Source: Zymomonas mobilis subsp. mobilis ATCC 10988
GTDB lineage: Bacteria > Pseudomonadota > Alphaproteobacteria > Sphingomonadales > Sphingomonadaceae
DNA length: 32,000 bases
Assembly: GCF_000175255.2 (NCBI RefSeq)
Contig: NC_017183.1
Coordinates: 284-32,283 of the forward strand
Direction: 5' to 3'
Each line of letters starts with the position of its first letter. Within the stretch, counting starts at the first letter, position 1. The translations under genes were made by a program, and so were the position numbers. Shown one piece after another: positions 18,425 to 26,042 of the stretch. The notes beneath the pieces were generated by a model. That model worked only from the letters and a program-made list of their open reading frames with translations. It made no database searches and was not told where the DNA came from.

Positions 18425-19795
18425 ATGAACGCATACGGAGAATTTTGTGGAAATAAAAAAATAAGTATTAAAAATTTCAGAGGCATTCAAAATGCCGATT
18501 TTGATTTTTGCAATAAAGTTAATCTAATAGTTGGTATTAATGGCGCAGGAAAAACGAGTGTTTTAGATAGTATAGCTCTATTATTATCATGGCTTATTAA
18601 CAGAACTCTTAATAAAAATTCTTCAGGACAACCAATTAATGATTTGAGTATTCGTAATGGGTGTCGGGAGGCCGCTCTTTCGATAACAGTAAATTATGAT
18701 AATCAAGATTTTAACTGGATGCTTGTAAAAACAGGGAGAGGCTTAAATGCTAGATCTCAGAAATCAGAACTTTCTCTCTTGGCGGCTCTTTCCAAGAGAT
18801 TCCAAATAGAGTTGGATAATAAAAACGATGAGGCTTCACTGCCTTTGTTTGTCTATTATCCTGTAGATAGGGCAATTGTAAAGGTACCTATTCGGCGTCG
18901 AAGAAGACAGGCTTTTAGTCAATTATCTGCATATGATGAGGCTCTTAACCCAAACGTAAATTTTAAAAGTTTTTTTGAATGGTTTCGATTTGAGCAAGAG
19001 AAACATAATTCTTCTTTAGCTAATCTTCTGCATTCTATGGATTTGTCGGATACTGATTCCCTGCTTTTTAAAGCTACAAAATACAGAAAAACTATAAAAG
19101 AAATTCTTAAGGAATTATATAATCCTCTATCTTCTAAAGGGTTGAAGGCGGTATGCCAAGCTATTTATGAATTTATGCCAGGATTTTCTGACCTTAGAGT
19201 TTTATACGAGCCATTAAGAATGGTGATCGAAAAAGAAGGTGTGCATTTAAATCTCCTTCAACTCTCTGGAGGAGAAAAATGTATGTTAGCGTTAATTGGA
19301 GATATCGCCCGACGACTTGTTCTAGCAAATCCCAGCATGGACAATCCCCTAAAAGGTAAAGCTATCATCTTGATAGATGAAATCGATCTTCACCTTCATC
19401 CAAGGTGGCAAAAAAATATTATAGAACGATTAAATTCTACATTTCCTAATTGTCAGTTTATTATAACAACACACTCTCCTCATATTATAACTCACGTTCA
19501 TTCAAATTGTATATCCATCATTTCTACAAATGAAAATGGAGCTTTTAATGTAAGTAAGGCTCGAAATTCTTACGGATTTTCTTCAGAAGTTCTTTTGTCT
19601 GAAATTATGGGACTGGACACAACGCGTCCCCAAAAGATCCAAGATAAATTGGATAAAATTTTTCAAAATATTTCAGACAATGAACTGGATGAGGCAGAAA
19701 CAAAGCTACAATGTTTAAAAACAATAATGAGAGACGATCCCGATGTCGTAAAAGCTGAGGCTCTTATTTTTAGAAAAAAAATTATCAATAAATGA
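18425..19795 (+). CDS. ptuA: AAA/ABC-type ATPase, Septu PtuA-like
   Basis: Walker A GINGAGKTS, signature LSGGEKCML, Walker B IILIDEIDLHLHP, H-loop ITTHSP. ATGA overlap with an HNH gene. Confidence 0.8.
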   Translation: MNAYGEFCGNKKISIKNFRGIQNADFDFCNKVNLIVGINGAGKTSVLDSIALLLSWLINRTLNKNSSGQPINDLSIRNGCREAALSITVNYDNQDFNWMLVKTGRGLNARSQKSELSLLAALSKRFQIELDNKNDEASLPLFVYYPVDRAIVKVPIRRRRRQAFSQLSAYDEALNPNVNFKSFFEWFRFEQEKHNSSLANLLHSMDLSDTDSLLFKATKYRKTIKEILKELYNPLSSKGLKAVCQAIYEFMPGFSDLRVLYEPLRMVIEKEGVHLNLLQLSGGEKCMLALIGDIARRLVLANPSMDNPLKGKAIILIDEIDLHLHPRWQKNIIERLNSTFPNCQFIITTHSPHIITHVHSNCISIISTNENGAFNVSKARNSYGFSSEVLLSEIMGLDTTRPQKIQDKLDKIFQNISDNELDEAETKLQCLKTIMRDDPDVVKAEALIFRKKIINK

Positions 19796-20409
19796 AACAA
19801 ATAAAAAAAACAAAAGAGCCTCAGTCCTTTTCTGAATGGAAGGCTAAAGCAAATTCTGATTGGAAACCTGCATGGGAAAATTTACAGAATCCTGAAAAAG
19901 TAGATATTTTAGAAAAGTTAATTGAAGATCAACATGGAATATGTTGTTATTGTGAAGCTAGAATCTCTGTAGAATCTGCACATATTGAACATATAGTTCC
20001 AAGGAGTATTGATATTAGAAAAAGGTTATCTTTTTCTAACCTTTTAGCATCTTGTCAAAAAGAAACTCAAAAAGGGGATCCTCTGACTTGCGGAAAATCT
20101 CGTGGCGATTGGTACGATAAAGATTTTTATTTGAATCCATGTGATGAGAATTCTCGAAAAGAAATTATCTACTTATTAGATGGAAATGTTACGGTACAAA
20201 ATAAAAATTTTAAAATTTTTATCGAAAAAATCAATTTAAATATTGAGTCAAAAAAAAGAGCACGTTCTAACGTTATAGATATTTTTACAGATTTAGATAC
20301 TAGCGATGCCCAAAAAATATTGGACGTTTGGCTCTCTGAAAAAGTATATCATCCTTATATAAGTGCAGCTCTCACTGCTGCTAAAGAGTTATGTGGAATT
20401 GAATACTGA
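19792..20409 (+). CDS. ptuB: HNH endonuclease, Septu PtuB-like (TIGR02646-type)
   Basis: HGICCYCEARISVESAHIEHIVPRS HNH core plus a downstream Cys-containing segment. Coupled to the ATPase gene. Confidence 0.8.
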   Translation: MKQIKKTKEPQSFSEWKAKANSDWKPAWENLQNPEKVDILEKLIEDQHGICCYCEARISVESAHIEHIVPRSIDIRKRLSFSNLLASCQKETQKGDPLTCGKSRGDWYDKDFYLNPCDENSRKEIIYLLDGNVTVQNKNFKIFIEKINLNIESKKRARSNVIDIFTDLDTSDAQKILDVWLSEKVYHPYISAALTAAKELCGIEY

Positions 20410-20541
20410 GAAATTTTTAACTTTCTAACACTACTAGATCGGAGAGATTTTACTTTGGCCATTTCCACTGGTCGTGTTGCCATAGAAAATAGAGGAAATA
20501 TTGGTGGTTATCTTTGTTCTTTCCAGACCTTAAAAAATTAA

Positions 20542-20579
20542 TACGTAAATACGTATGTAGTTATCTACGTATTTACGTA
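20542..20579. promoter_or_regulatory. ATACGTAT-box array, copy d (variant)
   Basis: Perfect 14-bp inverted arms TACGTAAATACGTA (20542-55) and TACGTATTTACGTA (20566-79) with a 10-bp spacer. 33 bp left of the IS. Confidence 0.6.
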
Positions 20580-20612
20580 ATTTTATCCATATTATTCCCT
20601 TACTATTACTAG

Positions 20613-21457
20613 GCTCAGGACTCATTCTTTGAGATAGAAGATGAAACTTGCTGCGATATGGATTGCTGACATGAATGTGTGAGCGCACCGGTCGTATCGT
20701 GTTGCGACACGCCGCCAGTCTTTGAGCTTTGCGAACATATTTTCGATGAGGTGACGTTTTTTATACAGATGCCAGTCGTAAGGCGGCTTTGATTTCCGGT
20801 TCTTCTTCGGCGGAATACAGGCGGTGATATTCCGGTCTGCGAGAGACTGTCTGATTTTATTACTGTCGTATCCCCGGTCCCCGAGAATTTCTTGTGTTTC
20901 TTCCGGCAGATTTGCCAGCAGAACATCCGCGCCTTTGAAGTCACTGACCTGACCTGCGGTCAGATGCAGCCGGACAGGGCGGCCCTGACTATCGCATACA
21001 GCGTGAAGCTTTGAGTTCAGTCCGCCTTTCGTGCGTCCGATATGGCGGGGAAAAGCCCCTTTTTGAGCAGGGAGGCCGCTGTCCGGTGTGCTTTCAGATG
21101 TGTTGCATCGATCATCAGACGCTTTGAACGGCCTGCCTGCTCCGTCAGGGCGACGAAGATCCGGTCAAAGACACCCAGGCGGCTCCACCGGATAAACCGG
21201 TTGTATAAAGTCTTGTGCGGGCCATACGCTTTCGGGGCGTCTTTCCACTGAAGGCCGTTGCGGATCACGTAAACGATCCCGCTCAGGACACGACGGTCAT
21301 CGACACGCGGCACACCATGCGCCAGTGGAAAAAACGGCTTAATCCGTTCCATCTGGTGCTCAGACAGCAAAAACACGTCACTCACAGCTTCACCTCCATC
21401 GGTAAACCTGTGAATCACAACAGCCCGCTCAACTCAAGAAATTAACAGGTCCTGAGC
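20613..21457 (-). mobile_element. IS5-family (IS427-group-like) insertion sequence, 845 bp
   Basis: Terminal inverted repeats GCTCAGGAC / GTCCTGAGC. CTAG on both flanks (20609-12 and 21458-61). Two-frame transposase inside. Confidence 0.9.
20622..21418 (-). CDS. IS5-family DDE transposase, two frames joined by probable -1 programmed frameshift
   Basis: orfA is 21017-21418 (RVLSGIVYVIRNGLQWKDAP...). The downstream frame, which has no ATG, reads IGRTKGGLNSKLHAVCD...GDRGYDS...RHLIENMFAKLKDWRRVATRYDR. Slippery CAAAAAGG on the coding strand at about 21059-21066. Confidence 0.85.
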
Positions 21458-22034
21458 CTAGATAAGCCAACTAGCTTAACGACAAGCCTTTGAACATTGG
21501 ATACGATCCCGCGACAACGAACTAACAAAACATTCCAGTGTTCTAACTCTGAAAGTTTTTATTCTGCTATCAAGCCAGACTGACTGGATAGATGACATCA
21601 AAATTGCTGATTAAATCAGAGTGTCCTTGGTCAAGAAATAGTGGTAAAATTATGTCTAATGTTGCCAAAAATCTCGAATTGACTTAAATGTGGAGTTCTG
21701 CGTTGAAATGCGTTGGGTGGAGAAGAATAATTTTATTAGATTATCTGCTTTATAGGCCTAAATACAGGCATTTATGACCTGTCTTGCGTCATATTCCGAT
21801 GCGTAAAAATCGGGGGGCAAATTTACCGCGGGTTTCGGCTGGCATCGAACGCAAAGGGTCTGAAAAAACATTTCTGAAATAATATTGCTAACGTTTCGTT
21901 AGACATTTTTGGGTAAATTTTAGACATAAAAAATCTGTCAGTTGTGCCTCACGCTTGATAAGCGAGGCAGATGCGTTACCTTCATACCATTCACATGATG
22001 GCGATCGAGATAATTAAAATAAAGGCTTTTTTGC

Positions 22035-22066
22035 AATACGTATAAACGCATATAGCTAAATACGTA
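22035..22066. promoter_or_regulatory. ATACGTAT-box array, copy e (immediately upstream of darG)
   Basis: ATACGTAT 22035-42, ACGCATATAGCTAAATACGT 22045-64, ATACGTAT 22059-66. Box phasing (0/+10/+24) is identical to copies a and f. Preceded by AAATAAAGGCTTTTTT. Confidence 0.7.
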
Positions 22067-22094
22067 TTTAAATTGATAGCTACGCCCGACCGGA

Positions 22095-23186
22095 ATGGTA
22101 TTTCTGATGATTATCTTCACGCAAGGCAACCTACTAGAAGCTAAAGTCGAGGCTCTTGTTAATACCGTTAACACCGTCGGTGTGATGGGTAAGGGTATTG
22201 CGCTCATGTTTAAAGAGCGCTTCCACGAGAACTTTCGCCTGTATTCTGCTGCGTGTAAGGCTAAGGAAGTTCAAATCGGTAAGATGTTCGTTACTCCAGT
22301 CTATGAACTAGGGGAAACACGCTGGATTGTGAACTTTCCGACTAAACAGCATTGGCGTAATCCGTCACGAATAGAATGGATTATAAAAGGCTTACAGGAT
22401 CTACGGCGTGTCCTGCTCGAAAAGAATATAAAATCTATTGCTATTCCTCCTTTGGGTGCTGGCAATGGCGGGCTTTCATGGAAAGATGTTCGTGGACAGA
22501 TCGAGTTGGCCTTAAGTGATCTCGATATTGATATTTTTGTGTTTGAGCCGACTACCCAATACCAAAACGTGGCTAAGAGGACAGGCGTAGAAAAACTAAC
22601 GCCCGCCCGCGCGTTAATAGCTGAATTAGTCCGTCGATACTGGGTAATGAGTATAGAGTGTAGTTTGCTTGAAATTCAAAAGCTGGCTTGGTTTCTTCAG
22701 AGAGCTATTGAACAGTATTCTCCAGATAATAATCCACTGAATTTAGATTTTCAGCCACATAAATATGGTCCTTATACTCATCAGCTAAACCACTTGTTGA
22801 ATAATTTAGATGGGAGCTATCTTCATTCTGATAAACGTATCAGCGATAGCGACCCGCTGGATGTCATTTTATTTGTTGATAAGCGCAAAGACGATTTACA
22901 GGCTTATTTGAAAAGTGAGGCCAAGCCTTACAGGCAAGCATTAGAATCTGCCGCCATGCTTATTGATGGTTTTGAGTCCCCCTTTGGGATGGAGCTGCTG
23001 GCTACAGTTGACTGGCTGCTAACTCGCGAAAATATAGAACCTAATGTGTCAGCTTTACGTAAGGGATTGCGTTCTTGGCGAGGTGGTGCAGATGCGGCCT
23101 TGCGTAAAGATCGAATTTTTAATGACCGATCTTTGGGAATTGCCCTTGATCGCTTAACTAAAATCTCTACGCCTGTAATGGCGTAG
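22095..23186 (+). CDS. darG: DarG-like macrodomain ADP-ribosyl glycohydrolase antitoxin (no darT partner present)
   Basis: N-terminal macrodomain: [63 protein letters not shown]-terminal region [11 protein letters not shown]...KYGPY...[17 protein letters not shown] as recalled for the DarG toxin-binding domain. The true start may be ATG 22107. Confidence 0.85.
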   Translation: MVFLMIIFTQGNLLEAKVEALVNTVNTVGVMGKGIALMFKERFHENFRLYSAACKAKEVQIGKMFVTPVYELGETRWIVNFPTKQHWRNPSRIEWIIKGLQDLRRVLLEKNIKSIAIPPLGAGNGGLSWKDVRGQIELALSDLDIDIFVFEPTTQYQNVAKRTGVEKLTPARALIAELVRRYWVMSIECSLLEIQKLAWFLQRAIEQYSPDNNPLNLDFQPHKYGPYTHQLNHLLNNLDGSYLHSDKRISDSDPLDVILFVDKRKDDLQAYLKSEAKPYRQALESAAMLIDGFESPFGMELLATVDWLLTRENIEPNVSALRKGLRSWRGGADAALRKDRIFNDRSLGIALDRLTKISTPVMA

Positions 23187-23295
23187 AGTGTCTTATCTCT
23201 TCTTTATTGAGGAAGCTATTAGGCCGAAATAGTCATCTGTTTTCAATTAGGTAATTATCCATAACGCCTAAAATAAAGGTTTTTTATAAATGGAG

Positions 23296-23359
23296 ATACG
23301 TCTTAACGTATATAGCTAAATACGTATTTAAGTTAATAGCTATATTTGTATTTACGTAT
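23296..23359. promoter_or_regulatory. ATACGTAT-box array, copy f (downstream of darG)
   Basis: ATACGTCT 23296-303, ACGTATATAGCTAAATACGT 23306-25, ATACGTAT 23320-27, TTACGTAT 23352-59. Preceded by AAATAAAGGTTTTTT. Confidence 0.7.
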
Positions 23360-23500
23360 TATGTAGCCTGATGCTACTTATATGATATTCGGTTAGCTGG
23401 GAGAGATAATGTAAAGATACAGCCCGTTATTAACAGAAGGTTGAATGCCAATTTCACAGGAATTGCAGCGGTTAGAAAGAAAAGGGCTTTTGGTTCTTAA

Positions 23501-23764
23501 TTAAAAGAAATCGGGTGGAGGTGCCGGTGCCGGAACAGCATTTGCGTCGAATGCGAACAAGGCAAATTGCAACCAAGAGGGTTCTCGTTTTACTATCCCA
23601 TTTTCAAAGCGAGAAATCGATTGTTGTGTAGTGGTGAAAATAGCACCTCGCTTTTCAGCTTCCTTAGAAACCATATCGGCTAGCTTTTGCGCACTCCATC
23701 CCCTTTTTATCCGAGACGCTCGAACAAACTCGCGGAGCTTATCTAAATCCGTTAAGTTATCCAT
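23501..23764 (-). CDS. Atypical HTH protein, paralogue 3 (HTH only, 87 aa)
   Basis: Shares W[ST]..KLA.(~12 aa).QQSIS.FENG..K..P.W with the two upstream genes. 5-nt gap from paralogue 2. Confidence 0.6.
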   Translation of the reverse strand: MDNLTDLDKLREFVRASRIKRGWSAQKLADMVSKEAEKRGAIFTTTQQSISRFENGIVKREPSWLQFALFAFDANAVPAPAPPPDFF

Positions 23765-23769
23765 CTGGC

Positions 23770-24276
23770 CTATTCGTTGTAAAGCAAAGGGTGAGATAAC
23801 GCGACTGGGAATTTTTTTGCCAGTGAAGATGCAATATTTTGTTTAAGTGACCATGAGTCACTAAAGTCTACATCCAAAGGAACTAATAAACTCAAAAACA
23901 AGTTTTTGAGTTTATCTTCGCTTGGAAGAATTTCTTTATAGATAATTTTTTTATTATCATCTTCTGATATTGTATCAGTCGAAAATTTCGGTTCTTCTTC
24001 TTTTGTGAAAGAAGGTTTAGATACTACAAAATCTGTTAGTTTAGCCTGCTCCAACAAAGCTGCTTTTACATAATTCAGCCACAGAGGTATCGACTTTATT
24101 TTTCCATTTTCAAACAAGGAAATAGATTGCTGTTGTAAATTTAGTTTAACGCCATGACGTGCAGCCACCTGTTTTGCTTCGTCAGCTAACTTTGCTGCCG
24201 TCCAGTTTATACGTTTACGCTCATTTCTTATCCATGTGCGTATTTCGTCTATTTTTGAGATACTGGTCTGCGTCAT
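23770..24276 (-). CDS. Atypical HTH protein, paralogue 2 (168 aa, with conserved C-terminal module)
   Basis: Same N-terminal pattern. C-terminal LPSEDKLKNLFLSLLVPL...IASSLAKKFP aligns with paralogue 1. Confidence 0.6.
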   Translation of the reverse strand: MTQTSISKIDEIRTWIRNERKRINWTAAKLADEAKQVAARHGVKLNLQQQSISLFENGKIKSIPLWLNYVKAALLEQAKLTDFVVSKPSFTKEEEPKFSTDTISEDDNKKIIYKEILPSEDKLKNLFLSLLVPLDVDFSDSWSLKQNIASSLAKKFPVALSHPLLYNE

Positions 24277-24301
24277 AATATCTATTTATACCAAAAAGAT
24301 A

Positions 24302-24751
24302 TTACTGAAACAAACTTATCTGTTCCAAGCCTTTCGGAAGACGTTGCGCTAAAATACTGGCAATTTTTCGTTTTAATTGGGGTGTTATATCTTCCTCTAC
24401 TGGAGTTAAAAGACCCAGAAACAATTTTTTAAGATCTTTTTCTTCCGGAAGGCCGACATTTTTTGATGCATTACATTTTGTTAAGGTAATGGAGTTCATC
24501 GTCGGAGAGATAGGGTTATTCTCAAATGCAGCCATTACATAAGGCATCCATGACGGAATGCTCTTAATTTGCCCAAGTTCAAAGGCAGAAATGGATTGCT
24601 GCTTAAGGTTACTTTCGACGTTTCTTTGTTTTGCAGCCATACGCGCTTCTTCAGCGAGTTTTGTTCGACTCCAGCCTCGTAGCTGTCGTTCTTCAAAAAT
24701 CCACTTACGGAATTTTTCAACAGTTCTCAATTTTGAAGATGCTTCATTCAT
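24302..24751 (-). CDS. Atypical HTH protein, paralogue 1 (149 aa)
   Basis: GWSRTKLAEEA...QQSISAFELGQIKSIPSW. C-terminal LPEEKDLKKLFLGLLTPV...IASILAQRLP. First gene of a three-gene minus-strand operon. Confidence 0.6.
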   Translation of the reverse strand: MNEASSKLRTVEKFRKWIFEERQLRGWSRTKLAEEARMAAKQRNVESNLKQQSISAFELGQIKSIPSWMPYVMAAFENNPISPTMNSITLTKCNASKNVGLPEEKDLKKLFLGLLTPVEEDITPQLKRKIASILAQRLPKGLEQISLFQ

Positions 24752-25031
24752 GCAGCGATTCTACAATTGAATCAGATCTCAAACACCTGAAAAACAATTG
24801 CATAATTTTTTATAAAACTGAAAAATGATTTTTTTATATTGCAAAAAATTGCAAATCATAATATCCACAATAAAATGCAATTTTTTGGATTCGATTTAAC
24901 TATGTTTCTATCTTTAGAGAATTTCTTTCGGCAAGAGTCAATCAAAAATTTGACTGTGGTTTAGGTAAAAAGAAAAAAATCACAATTTTTTGTTGGTTAG
25001 ATACAATTATATACTCAAAAAGGTAGATAAA

Positions 25032-25253
25032 ATGATGGCAAACGAAGGTAAAGATATAAAGCCATCTACCATAATTCTATTTTGCCAACAGTTTGATTTG
25101 AAAAACAATAATCACGATTATTGTTCTCAATTAATAGGCCGTCAATCTCTAAAAATCTTTTTTAAATCTAGCACTAACAAGACAGCCATAGCTTGTCTTT
25201 CATTGGGGCGGCCAGTTTCCCTTCGGGTGAAGAGTAAGATCAATGACAATTAA
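25032..25253 (+). CDS. Hypothetical small protein (73 aa from ATG 25032)
   Basis: AAAGG about 9 nt upstream of ATG 25032. The stop overlaps the next gene's ATG (ATGACAATTAA), suggesting coupling. No recognisable motif. Confidence 0.35.
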   Translation: MMANEGKDIKPSTIILFCQQFDLKNNNHDYCSQLIGRQSLKIFFKSSTNKTAIACLSLGRPVSLRVKSKINDN

Positions 25254-25560
25254 AACAGCCGAAAATATGCCCTCCTTAATTGATGGCGAGATCAGCACAT
25301 TCAAGCAGAAGATTAGCAATGCCATGTATCTTTATATGGGGCAGATGGAATGCGGTCTTCGCCTGTTGATGGATCGCTTGGAAGGTATTCGTCGGGCAGA
25401 AGAGACCCGCTCTTATGCTTTACTGGAAAATGTCTCAAAAGATGAATTAATAAGATTTAATACTGAAATATTAAGTCTTATCGAGGTGATTAAACGTTCG
25501 GCAACTACGGCCAATGAGGGCTTGAACGGCTTTATCCAAAACTTTGGTTCGTCTTTATGA
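25243..25560 (+). CDS. Hypothetical protein (105 aa)
   Basis: ORF with host-like composition, coupled to the upstream small ORF. No recognisable motif. Confidence 0.45.
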   Translation: MTIKTAENMPSLIDGEISTFKQKISNAMYLYMGQMECGLRLLMDRLEGIRRAEETRSYALLENVSKDELIRFNTEILSLIEVIKRSATTANEGLNGFIQNFGSSL

Positions 25561-25684
25561 CCCATTGTTTTTTCAGCCTTTCCTATTTGGAAAAGACCTG
25601 TTCTGTTTCCGTCAGTTCTAACCTTGGGCTTCAGACCGAGGCCTATTCGGCACCCCCTCATCTTCTCATTGGAGAGACCGTCTT

Positions 25685-25936
25685 ATGAGTTCTATTCATG
25701 CGACCGAAGAGCTGACTGAAAAGCTCCAATCCATTATCCGTCTTGAAGAAGAAAAGGCGCGTTTGGATGGCCAGATTGCCGAAGCCTATCGTGATCTGAA
25801 AGGCCAGAAATACGACATCAAGAAGGCCAAGCTTGCGGTCAGCCGTTCGCGGAAAGGTCATCCTGAAAACTCTATTCGTATTCTGATCAACCAGATCGTC
25901 AATGATCGGGCGATGAGCCGGAAGCTTGTCCCGTGA
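25685..25936 (+). CDS. GapR/DUF2312-like small DNA-binding protein
   Basis: GGAGAG RBS 8 nt upstream. LQSIIRLEEEKARLDGQIAEAYRDLKGQKYDIKKAKLAV parallels the GapR pattern L.SII.R.ERLE.EK..I...IKEVYAEAKG.GFDVK.L (from memory). Confidence 0.65.
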   Translation: MSSIHATEELTEKLQSIIRLEEEKARLDGQIAEAYRDLKGQKYDIKKAKLAVSRSRKGHPENSIRILINQIVNDRAMSRKLVP

Positions 25937-25985
25937 TCAGAACCGGCGCAGCCTCTTCCCTTTTATCTATTTCAAATTCAGGCCT

Positions 25986-26018
25986 GCCACAGCGGAGAAT
26001 CTTCGCTGTGGCTTTTTT
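25986..26018 (+). terminator. Rho-independent terminator
   Basis: Stem GCCACAGCG / CGCTGTGGC with a 9-nt loop, followed by TTTTTT. Confidence 0.75.
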
Positions 26019-26042
26019 GCGTCCAAGACCGGAGCCCGCACA

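Noticed and set aside
20615-20944. 109-aa minus-strand ORF inside the IS
   Set aside because: It is in the wrong frame. The frame with DDE-transposase sequence (GRTKGGLNSKLH...RVATRYDR) has no ATG and is reached by frameshifting from orfA.
21935-21975. Bulged hairpin TGCCTCACGCTT-GAT-AAGCGAGGCA as a terminator or sRNA
   Set aside because: There is no adjacent T-tract on the + strand and only a distant one on the - strand. There is no gene for it to terminate. The evidence is insufficient.
21938-22207. 89-aa minus-strand ORF overlapping the darG start and array e; also checked as a possible hidden toxin
   Set aside because: It is antisense to the well-supported darG N-terminus and runs across the regulatory array. 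It has no RBS or recognisable motif. It does not resemble DarT (no DUF4433-like pattern seen).
16507-23359. Box modules as integron attC sites or XerCD pdif sites
   Set aside because: No intI gene is present, and there are no RYYYAAC/GTTRRRY boundary motifs. The modules do not show the 11-6-11 XerC/XerD layout with the CATAA......TTATG arms that I recall for dif/pdif. A recombination role is kept only as a hypothesis, not as an attC or pdif call.
25926-26042. TTG-25926 start for the rep ORF (624 aa in the ORF track)
   Set aside because: A strong hairpin plus T-tract terminator (25986-26018) lies inside this extension. The extension's peptide looks non-coding. ATG 26043 is preferred.
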